Assembly: GCF_000017305.1 (NCBI RefSeq)
Contig: NC_009664.2
Coordinates: 390,001-422,000 of the forward strand
Direction of reading: 5' to 3'
From: Kineococcus radiotolerans SRS30216 = ATCC BAA-149
Lineage (GTDB): Bacteria > Actinomycetota > Actinomycetes > Actinomycetales > Kineococcaceae
Length of the DNA: 32,000 bases
Of this stretch, positions 1-6,683 are shown piece after piece. A program made the translations under genes and the position numbers. Position 1 is the stretch's first letter. Every line of letters starts with the position of its first letter. Below the pieces are notes generated by a model. That model had not been told where the DNA came from and did not search any database. It was given only the letters and a program-made list of their open reading frames with translations.

Positions 1-165
1 GTCGACCCCCAGGCCTACGTCGCCCACGTCGGGAACCTCCGCCTCGACGTCGCCACCGCCCTGTCCTGGCGCGACGCCGTCGGCCGCGGGTCGGGCGAGG
101 GCGTGCAGCTGAAGGTGTCCGGCGAAGGAACCGTCTACGTCCAGGCGAGCGAGGAGAAGCTCTGA
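1..165 (+). CDS. AIM24 (DUF124) family protein, C-terminal fragment; 5' end lies outside the window
   Basis: Frame +1 is open from nt 1 to TGA 163-165. The translation ends ...[23 protein letters not shown]. This matches the C-terminal G-x-G-T-V-x-x-Q-S signature also seen in the downstream paralogue ([13 protein letters not shown]). It is absent from the ORF track because there is no start in the window. Confidence 0.6.
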   Translation, partial: VDPQAYVAHVGNLRLDVATALSWRDAVGRGSGEGVQLKVSGEGTVYVQASEEKL

Positions 166-938
166 TGGTCTCGACCAACCCCCAGCCCCTGGACCCCCAG
201 ACCCTGCCCGACCACGACAACCTCCCCGGCAACGCCCACGCCTACTGCGTGCGGCTCACCGGCCCGCTGTTCGTGCAGACCGGCACGATGATCGCCTACT
301 ACCCCCAGGGCGGGGGGACCGTCCGCTTCGAGCCCCTCACCGCGACCTCGCTGACGAGCATGGTCGCCAGCCACTTCTCCTCGCCCCTCTACAGCCGGGA
401 CTGGGTCGTCGCCACCGGCCAGGGCCACGTGATCCTCGGCGACCGCGGCTACGACATCAACTCCTACGACCTCGACGACGGGAACCTCACCGTCCGCGCG
501 GCCAACCTGCTCGCCTTCGACGCCGGGCTGGAGCTGAAGGAGTCCATCATCCCCGGGTTCCTCACCCTCATCGGGACGGGGAAGTTCCTCGCCAGCTCCT
601 CCGGGCCGGTCGTGTTCGTCGAACCCCCCGTCCGCGTCGACCCCGAGGCCCTCGTCGGCTGGGCCGACTGCCCAGCCCCCTCCCAGCACTTCGACGCCGG
701 CTGGATGGGCCACTTCCTCGGCGCCGCCCGCGGGGCGCTGTTCGGCACCCGCTCCGGGGAGGAGCGCCAGTACGACTTCACCGGCGCCGGCACCGTCCTG
801 CTGCAGAGCTCGGAGCGGGTGCTGGAGGACCCGCAGGTCGTGCGGCGCCTGGAGGGCGAGGTCCGCCAGCTCGGGCCGAACCAGCTGCAGCACCTGTCCG
901 GGGTGATCCAGGCCCAGCTGCAGCAGCACCAGCAGTGA
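165..938 (+). CDS. AIM24 (DUF124) family protein
   Basis: 257-aa ORF. ATG 165 is preceded by GAGGAG (151-156) and shares one nt with the upstream stop (TGATG). The sequence is AIM24-like throughout (GTMIAYYPQ..., [30 protein letters not shown]) and has a Gln-rich C-terminal tail. Confidence 0.75.
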   Translation: MVSTNPQPLDPQTLPDHDNLPGNAHAYCVRLTGPLFVQTGTMIAYYPQGGGTVRFEPLTATSLTSMVASHFSSPLYSRDWVVATGQGHVILGDRGYDINSYDLDDGNLTVRAANLLAFDAGLELKESIIPGFLTLIGTGKFLASSSGPVVFVEPPVRVDPEALVGWADCPAPSQHFDAGWMGHFLGAARGALFGTRSGEERQYDFTGAGTVLLQSSERVLEDPQVVRRLEGEVRQLGPNQLQHLSGVIQAQLQQHQQ

Positions 939-2026
939 CGTTCCCGGTCGTCGACGGGCACAACGACCTGGCCTGGGAGCTGCGCGAGCGGTTCGGCTCC
1001 GACCCCGCCCGCGCCGGGCTGGCGACGGAGCAGCCCGCCCTGCACACCGACGTCCCCCGCCTGCGCGCCGGCGGGGTCGGGGCGCAGTTCTGGTCCGTCT
1101 ACGTCCCCTCGCACTGGGACCCCGCGGCCGCCGCGGTGGCCGTGTTCGAGCAGGTCGACCTCGTCCGCCGCCTCGTCGCCACCCACCCCGACGTGTTCCG
1201 CTGGACCCCCACCGCCGCCGACGTCCGCACCGCCGTCGCCGAGGGCCGCATCGCCTCCCTGCCCGGGGCCGAGGGCGGGCACGCCATCGCCGGTTCCCTG
1301 GCGGTGCTGCGCGAACTGCGCCGCGCCGGGCTCGCGTACCTCACCCTCACCCACAACGACAACACCCCCTGGGCCGCCTCCGCCACCGGCGTCCACGTCG
1401 AGCACGGCCTCACCGCCTTCGGCCGCGACGTCGTCTGCGAGATGAACCGCACCGGGGTCCTCGTCGACCTCTCCCACGTCCACGAACGCACCATGCACGA
1501 CGCCCTCGACGTCACGACCCGGCCCGTGCTGTTCTCGCACTCCTCCGCGCGCGCCGTGACCGACCACCCCCGCAACGTCCCCGACGGGGTGCTGGAACGC
1601 CTGCCCGGCAACGGGGGCGTCCTCATGGTCACCTTCGTGCCGGCCTTCGTGAACCGGGCCTGTGCGGACCACCGCGCCGCGGCCACCGCGGAACGGCGAC
1701 GGCGCGGGCTGGCGGGCGACCCCTACGACCCGGCCGGGTTCGGCGACTGGCTGGCCGCGAACCCCCGTCCCCGCGCCACGCTCGCCGACGTGGCCGACCA
1801 CCTCGACCACGCCCGCGAGGTCGTCGGCGTGGAGCACCTCGGCCTCGGCGGCGACTACGACGGCACCGACGAGCTCCCCGTCGGCCTGGAGGACGTCTCC
1901 GCCTACCCCCGGCTGCTGGCCGAGCTCACCGGCCGCGGCTGGTCGGGCAGCGACCTCGCGGCGCTCGCGGGCGGCAACGCCCTGCGGGTGCTGGAGGAGG
2001 CCCAGGACGGCACCTCCGTCGACTGA
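935..2026 (+). CDS. Membrane dipeptidase, peptidase family M19
   Basis: 363-aa ORF. GTG 935 overlaps the upstream TGA (GTGA at 935-938). M19 hallmarks are present: [39 protein letters not shown]. Confidence 0.85.
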   Translation: MTFPVVDGHNDLAWELRERFGSDPARAGLATEQPALHTDVPRLRAGGVGAQFWSVYVPSHWDPAAAAVAVFEQVDLVRRLVATHPDVFRWTPTAADVRTAVAEGRIASLPGAEGGHAIAGSLAVLRELRRAGLAYLTLTHNDNTPWAASATGVHVEHGLTAFGRDVVCEMNRTGVLVDLSHVHERTMHDALDVTTRPVLFSHSSARAVTDHPRNVPDGVLERLPGNGGVLMVTFVPAFVNRACADHRAAATAERRRRGLAGDPYDPAGFGDWLAANPRPRATLADVADHLDHAREVVGVEHLGLGGDYDGTDELPVGLEDVSAYPRLLAELTGRGWSGSDLAALAGGNALRVLEEAQDGTSVD

Positions 2027-2030
2027 CCCG

Positions 2031-2056
2031 CGCCGCCCCGCGCGGGCGGGGCGGCG
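2031..2056. terminator. Perfect 11-bp GC hairpin between the convergent dipeptidase and mshC genes (candidate bidirectional terminator)
   Basis: cgccgccccgc (2031-2041) is the exact reverse complement of gcggggcggcg (2046-2056), with a 4-nt loop gcgg. It lies in the 34-nt gap between stop 2026 (+) and stop 2061 (-). There is no U-tract, which is common in high-G+C actinobacteria. Confidence 0.55.
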
Positions 2057-2060
2057 GTCC

Positions 2061-3320
2061 TCAGGGGAGGACGACGCCGAGGAGGGCGGAGACGGTGCGG
2101 CGCACCAGGTCCGGGGCCTGCGCGTCGGTGCCGGCGGTCGTGCGGGCCTGCTCCACCCACGCGTCCACGGCCGCGACCGCGCCGGGCGCGTCGAGGTCGT
2201 CGGCGAGGCGTTCGCGCACGGTGGCCAGCAGCGCCTCCGCCGGGGGGCCCGCCGGGGCGGCGACGGCGGCGCTCCAGCGCTCGTGGCGCGCCCGCGCCTG
2301 GGCGAGGACCTCGTCGGTCCACTCCCAGTCGGTGCGCCAGTGGTGGTCCACGATCGCCAGGCGCACCACCGCGGCCGGCACCCCGGCCGCGACGAGCCTG
2401 GAGACCAGCACCAGGTTGCCCTTGGACTTGCTCATCTTCTCGCCGTCGAGGGCGACCATGCCCGAGTGCGCGTAGGCGCGGGCGAAGGGCCGTGCCCGCG
2501 GGCGCAGCAGGTGCGCGTGCGCGGCGCCCATCTCGTGGTGGGGGAACACCAGGTCGCTGCCCCCGGCCTGCACGTCGATGGGCATCCCCAGGTGCTCCAG
2601 CGCGATCGCGGTGCACTCGATGTGCCAGCCGGGGCGCCCGCGCCCCAGCTCCCCCGCCTCCCACGCCGGCTCCCCGGGACGCTCCACCCGCCACAGCAAC
2701 GGGTCCAGCGGGTTCCGCTTGCCCGGGCGCTGCGGGTCCCCGCCGCGCTCGGCGGACAGCGCCAGCATCGTCTCCAGGTCGTAGCCGCCGACCGTGCCGA
2801 ACGCCGCGTCGGCGTCGACGGGGAAGTACACGTCGCCGTCCGGGCCGCCGTCGGTCCCCGGGACGCGGTAGGCGGCGCCGGCGGCGAGGAGGTCGCGCAC
2901 GGCCTCCGCGACCAGGTCCACGGCCTCGACGACGCCGAGGTAGCGCTGCGGCGGGACGACGGAGAGGGCCTCCATGTCGCCGCGGAACAGCTCGACCTGC
3001 GACTCGGCGAGGTCGCGCCAGTCCACCCCCGTCGCCTCCGCGCGCTCCAGCAGCGGGTCGTCGACGTCGGTGACGTTCTGGACGTAGCGCACGTCCAGGC
3101 CCGCGTCCCGCCACGCCCGCCCCAGCAGGTCGAACGCGACGTAGGTGTTGGCGTGCCCGAGGTGGGTGGCGTCGTAGGGGGTGATGCCGCAGACGTACAG
3201 CGTCGCCGTCCCCGCCTCCGGGCCCACCGGGACGAGCCCGCCGGTCGCGGTGTCGTGCAGGTGGACGCGGGGGCCCCGACCGGGGAGGGCCGGGACTTCG
3301 GGAACGGACCAGGAACGCAC
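2061..3320 (-). CDS. mshC: L-cysteine:1D-myo-inositol 2-amino-2-deoxy-alpha-D-glucopyranoside ligase (mycothiol ligase MshC)
   Basis: 419-aa ORF with a GTG start. It is a class-I CysRS-like catalytic core without the anticodon-binding extension: HIGH-type ATHLGHA, KMSKS ([12 protein letters not shown]), and WHIECTA. The length and the [10 protein letters not shown] / [13 protein letters not shown] blocks are typical of MshC rather than CysS. Confidence 0.85.
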   Translation of the reverse strand: MRSWSVPEVPALPGRGPRVHLHDTATGGLVPVGPEAGTATLYVCGITPYDATHLGHANTYVAFDLLGRAWRDAGLDVRYVQNVTDVDDPLLERAEATGVDWRDLAESQVELFRGDMEALSVVPPQRYLGVVEAVDLVAEAVRDLLAAGAAYRVPGTDGGPDGDVYFPVDADAAFGTVGGYDLETMLALSAERGGDPQRPGKRNPLDPLLWRVERPGEPAWEAGELGRGRPGWHIECTAIALEHLGMPIDVQAGGSDLVFPHHEMGAAHAHLLRPRARPFARAYAHSGMVALDGEKMSKSKGNLVLVSRLVAAGVPAAVVRLAIVDHHWRTDWEWTDEVLAQARARHERWSAAVAAPAGPPAEALLATVRERLADDLDAPGAVAAVDAWVEQARTTAGTDAQAPDLVRRTVSALLGVVLP

Positions 3321-3345
3321 GGGCCCGAACCTACCTGGCGGGCCC
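3321..3345 (-). promoter_or_regulatory. 7-bp GC hairpin filling the gap between the SCO1664-family stop and the mshC start, with a purine-rich loop
   Basis: gggcccg (3321-3327) pairs with cgggccc (3339-3345). On the coding (-) strand the RNA reads GGGCCCG-CCAGGUAGGUU-CGGGCCC followed immediately by the GUG start (3320). The only Shine-Dalgarno-like purines (AGGUAGG) sit in the loop. Confidence 0.4.
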
Positions 3346-3350
3346 GGCGC

Positions 3351-4268
3351 TCAGAACGGCGGCCACGGGATCGTGCGGTGCCCGCGCGGGCGCGGCAGGC
3401 GGTCGGCCTGGAGGAGGCGCTCGGTGCGCTCGAGGGTCGCCACGACCTCCTCCACGCTGAGCAGCTCCCCCAGCAGCTCCCCCAGGGGGCCGTCGAGGTC
3501 GGCCACCAGCGTCGCGAGCACCTCGCGCTCCTCGGCGAGCAGCCGGGTCCCGGCGAAGCCCCACAGGACCGTGCGCAGCTTGGGCTCCTCGTGGAAGGTC
3601 AGCCCGTGGTCCACCCCGTGCACCGCTCCGGACCAGCCCGGCAGGACGTGCCCGCCCTTGCGGTCGGCGTTGTTCAGCACCACGTCCAGCACGGCGATGC
3701 GCCGCAGCCGCAGGTCGTCGGCGTGGACCAGCACCACCGGGCGCCCCGCCCCGTCCTCGGCCTCCAGCACCGTGCGCCACCCCGGCTCCACCCGCCGGGG
3801 CGCGACGATGTCGATGAGCCCCGCGCCGGGGGAGGGCAGCACCACCTCGGCCGGTTCGGCCGGGTCCGCGCCGTCCTGCTGCAGCCACAGCTGCACCGAC
3901 CCCGGCCCCAGCGGGCCGTCGCGGAAGACGGTGGGCGGCACCACGTGCCAGCCCGTCGCGGCCGACACGGCGTAGGAGGCGACCTCGCGCCGGGCGAGGG
4001 TCCCGTCGGGGAAGTCCCACAGCGGGCGCTCCCCCGCCACCGGCTTGTAGACGCAGGCCAGTTCCCCGTCGGGGCCGTCCACCACCGCGTACAGGGTGGC
4101 GTTGGAGGCGTCCGCGAGCCGCCCGCGGATCTCGACCTCCCCCGAGGCCAGCCGGACCAGGGCGTCCTGCTCCGCGACGCCCGCGAACGTCGCGTTCAGC
4201 GCCGGTACCCGTTCGCGCGGGGGCAGACGTGGCCCTGCGGGTCCAGCGGGCCGGAGCAGAACGGGCAC
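3351..4268 (-). CDS. SCO1664-family protein (PI3/PI4-kinase-like fold), conserved mshC neighbour
   Basis: This is the C-terminal about 300 aa of the 526-aa track ORF. It carries ASNATLYAVV, VYKPVAGERPLWDFP, VVLNNADRKGGHVL and HGVDHGLTFH. The upstream part of the track ORF is Arg/Pro/Gly junk overlapping DUF3090. The start is uncertain: the nearest canonical codon is GTG 4268-4266 (a 73-nt overlap with DUF3090), and the alternative is CTG 4199-4197, which overlaps the DUF3090 stop (CTGA). Confidence 0.7.
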   Translation of the reverse strand: MPVLLRPAGPAGPRLPPRERVPALNATFAGVAEQDALVRLASGEVEIRGRLADASNATLYAVVDGPDGELACVYKPVAGERPLWDFPDGTLARREVASYAVSAATGWHVVPPTVFRDGPLGPGSVQLWLQQDGADPAEPAEVVLPSPGAGLIDIVAPRRVEPGWRTVLEAEDGAGRPVVLVHADDLRLRRIAVLDVVLNNADRKGGHVLPGWSGAVHGVDHGLTFHEEPKLRTVLWGFAGTRLLAEEREVLATLVADLDGPLGELLGELLSVEEVVATLERTERLLQADRLPRPRGHRTIPWPPF

Positions 4269-4744
4269 GGCGGACGGCCCGCGGCGACCAGCGCCAGGGC
4301 CCGGGTCGCGAAGGCCCGCGCCGCCGTCCCGTCCAGGGAGACCCGCAGCAGGTCGCGGTCGGGGGCGAGGTCGGGGACCTCCGGGTCCACGTCCTCCTCC
4401 GACACCTCGAAGCACTCGATGACCACGACGTCGCGCTCGCCGTCCCAGGCCAGGCTCATGGTGCCGACCCGGAACTCCTCCTCGATGGGCACGTCGAGGG
4501 GGGCGGTGTCCTCGGAACCGGCCGCCGGCGCCGCCGGGACGGGCGCGCGGCCCCCCGAGCGGCGCACGATCTCGTCGAGGAGCTCCCCCACGCGCTCGGC
4601 GAGCGCGGACACCTGCGTCTTCTCCAGCGCCACCGACGTGAGACGTCCACCCCCGCGGGCCTGGAGGAAGAACGTCCGCGCCCCGGGCTCGCCGACGGTG
4701 CCCGCCACGAATCGCTCGGGCGGGTCGTACTCGTACACGGGCAT
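4196..4744 (-). CDS. DUF3090 family protein
   Basis: 182-aa ORF. The N-terminus MPVYEYDPPERFVAGTVGEPGARTFFLQA and the C-terminal Cys/His cluster CPFCSGPLDPQGHVCPRANGY are characteristic of DUF3090 (TIGR03847 as I recall it). Confidence 0.8.
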   Translation of the reverse strand: MPVYEYDPPERFVAGTVGEPGARTFFLQARGGGRLTSVALEKTQVSALAERVGELLDEIVRRSGGRAPVPAAPAAGSEDTAPLDVPIEEEFRVGTMSLAWDGERDVVVIECFEVSEEDVDPEVPDLAPDRDLLRVSLDGTAARAFATRALALVAAGRPPCPFCSGPLDPQGHVCPRANGYRR

Positions 4745-4753
4745 GGGCCGACC

Positions 4754-5491
4754 CTACGCCGAGCCGGCCCCGCCCCCGACGACCGCGTCGGAGGACCGCC
4801 GCGCCGGGCGGGCGGGCGAGCGCCGCGCGCGCTTGCGCCGCGGCGCGAACCCGGACAGGTCCCCGCCGGAGTCGTTGACCCGCAGCACGAACGGCCGCAG
4901 GGGGGCGTAGCGCACGACCGACACCGAGCACGGGTCGGCGGAGATGCGCTGGAAGAGGTCCAGGTGCATGCCCAGCGCGTCGGCGAGGATCGCCTTGATG
5001 ACGTCCCCGTGGGTCACCGCGACCCAGACGGCGTCCTCGCCGTGCTCGGCGGCCACCCGCGCGTCGTGCTCACGGACGGCGGCCACCGACCGGTGCTGCA
5101 CGTCCGCCAGGCCCTCGCCGTCGGGGCCGGGGAACACCGCCGCCGAGGGGTGCTCCTGCACCGTCCGCCACAGCGGTTCCCGGGCCAGCTCCTTGATCGG
5201 GCGGCTGGTCCAGTCGCCGTAGCGGCACTCCCCCAGCCGCTCGTCGGTCGTGGCGGCGGGACGGGGGCCGTCGGGGCCGTCGACCGCGCGCAGCGCCGCG
5301 GCGGTCTCCTGGCACCGCTCCAGGGGGGAGACCACGAAGGAGGCGACCGGGACGGGCGCCAGCCGCTGCCCCAGGGCCGCGGCCTGCGCCCGGCCGGTGT
5401 CGTCGAGGTGCACGTCGGGGGTCCAGCCGGCCAGGACCCCGGCGGTGTTCGCGGTGCTGCGCCCGTGGCGCACGAGCAGGAGGGTGGGCAC
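4754..5491 (-). CDS. Histidine phosphatase (phosphoglycerate-mutase-like) family protein, MSMEG_4193/Rv2135c type
   Basis: 245-aa ORF with a GTG start. It has the catalytic LLLVRHGRSTAN (RHG) motif and the distal VTHGDVIK His motif. It lies 9 nt upstream of DUF3090. Confidence 0.8.
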   Translation of the reverse strand: MPTLLLVRHGRSTANTAGVLAGWTPDVHLDDTGRAQAAALGQRLAPVPVASFVVSPLERCQETAAALRAVDGPDGPRPAATTDERLGECRYGDWTSRPIKELAREPLWRTVQEHPSAAVFPGPDGEGLADVQHRSVAAVREHDARVAAEHGEDAVWVAVTHGDVIKAILADALGMHLDLFQRISADPCSVSVVRYAPLRPFVLRVNDSGGDLSGFAPRRKRARRSPARPARRSSDAVVGGGAGSA

Positions 5492-5509
5492 CCCCCGACT
5501 CTAGGCTCC

Positions 5510-5552
5510 GCGCGTCCCCCGCCCGTCCCCGCCCGTCCCCCGCCCGCCGTCC
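5510..5552. repeat. C-rich tandem repeat in the phosphatase/corA divergent intergenic region
   Basis: gcccgtcccc occurs as a perfect tandem at 5521-5530 and 5531-5540. It is flanked by degenerate copies (gcgcgtccccc upstream, cgcccgccgtcc downstream). Confidence 0.6.
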
Positions 5553-5597
5553 GGCGCCGCGGTCGTGCCCGCCCCCCGCCGGGGGGACGATGAGCGC

Positions 5598-6638
5598 ATG
5601 ATCGTGGACCTGTCCACCTACCGCGACGGCACCCGCTCGGCGGCCGACGACCTGCCCTCGGCGCTGGCCACGGCCCGGGGCAGCGAGGACGGCTTCCTGT
5701 GGCTGAGCCTGGAGGACCCCACCGCCGAGGAGCTCGGGCGGGCGGCCGCGGACCTGCCGCTGCACCACCTCGCCGTGGAGGACGCGCTCGCGGGCCACCA
5801 GCGGCCGAAGGTGGAGCACTACGGCGACACCGTGTTCGCCGTCCTGAAGGTCCTCTCCTACTTCGACGCGACCTCCACCGTGGAGACCGGCGAGCTCATG
5901 CTGTTCGTCGGCGACCGGTTCGTCGTCACGGTCCGCCGGGGGGGCACGGGACCCGTCGACGACGTCGGCGACCTCGTGCAGCACGACCCGCGCCGGCGGC
6001 ACCGCGGGCCTCGCGGCGTGCTGCACGCGGTGATGGAACGGGTCGTGCGGGAGTACACGCGCATCGACGGGGAGCTCGAGCGCGACGTGGACGAGGTCGA
6101 GGAGCAGGTGTTCTCCCCCGACCGGTCCTCCGACGCCGAGCGCATCTACTCCCTGAAGCGGGAGGTCCTGGAGGTCCGCCGCGCCGCGGCTCCGCTGGTG
6201 GCCCCGCTCCAGGCGCTCGTGGCGGGCGGCCGGGGCGGTTCCGGCGAGGTCCCCGACGACGGTCCCGGCGCCGGGGGTTCCCCCGGGGAGGGTCCGGGGC
6301 ACCCCGTCCTGGACGAGCAGTCCCGGTTCGTCCTGCGCGACGTGCTGGACAACCTGACGCGGACGGTCGAGCACGTCGAGTCCTACGACCGGCTGCTCAC
6401 CGACATCCTCAACGCCCACCTGGCCCAGGTCTCGGTGCGGCAGAACGACGACATGCGCAAGATCTCGGCGTGGGCCGCGATCGCGGCGGTGCCGACGCTG
6501 GTGGCGGGCGTGTACGGCATGAACTTCCAGCACATGCCCGAGCTGTCCTGGCGCTACGGCTACCCCGCCTGCGTCCTGGCCATGGTGGGGATCTGCGTCG
6601 GCCTGTACCGGACGTTCAAACGGTCGGGCTGGTTGTGA
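5598..6638 (+). CDS. corA: CorA-family magnesium/cobalt transporter
   Basis: The track ORF starts at GTG 5565. I prefer ATG 5598 (MIVDLSTYRDG...), which is preceded by GGGGGGA (5581-5587). It has the YGMNF (GMN) motif followed by the second of two C-terminal TM helices, and an N-terminal cytoplasmic CorA-type domain (FLWLSLEDPT, HHLAVEDA). Confidence 0.8.
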   Translation: MIVDLSTYRDGTRSAADDLPSALATARGSEDGFLWLSLEDPTAEELGRAAADLPLHHLAVEDALAGHQRPKVEHYGDTVFAVLKVLSYFDATSTVETGELMLFVGDRFVVTVRRGGTGPVDDVGDLVQHDPRRRHRGPRGVLHAVMERVVREYTRIDGELERDVDEVEEQVFSPDRSSDAERIYSLKREVLEVRRAAAPLVAPLQALVAGGRGGSGEVPDDGPGAGGSPGEGPGHPVLDEQSRFVLRDVLDNLTRTVEHVESYDRLLTDILNAHLAQVSVRQNDDMRKISAWAAIAAVPTLVAGVYGMNFQHMPELSWRYGYPACVLAMVGICVGLYRTFKRSGWL

Positions 6639-6654
6639 GGACCAGCCCGACCGT
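6620..6654. terminator. Perfect 14-bp hairpin spanning the corA stop codon (candidate terminator for the convergent corA and GH71 genes)
   Basis: acggtcgggctggt (6620-6633) is the exact reverse complement of accagcccgaccgt (6641-6654). The 7-nt loop tgtgagg contains the corA TGA (6636-6638). Confidence 0.6.
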
Positions 6655-6683
6655 CGGGTGCGGACGTCAGCGCCGCGGGGGCG

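Noticed and set aside
1662-4910. 1082-aa plus-strand ORF, one of the longest in the track.
   Set aside because: It runs antisense to mshC, the SCO1664-family gene and DUF3090, all of which carry clear family motifs. Its translation is Arg/Gly/Pro/Ala-rich with no recognisable domain. This is the typical stop-free antisense frame in very high-G+C DNA.
5565-5597. GTG 5565 (the track start) as the corA start.
   Set aside because: It adds an Arg/Pro-rich 11-residue extension with no SD-like sequence upstream, whereas ATG 5598 follows GGGGGGA. I keep it as an alternative because it cannot be excluded from sequence alone.
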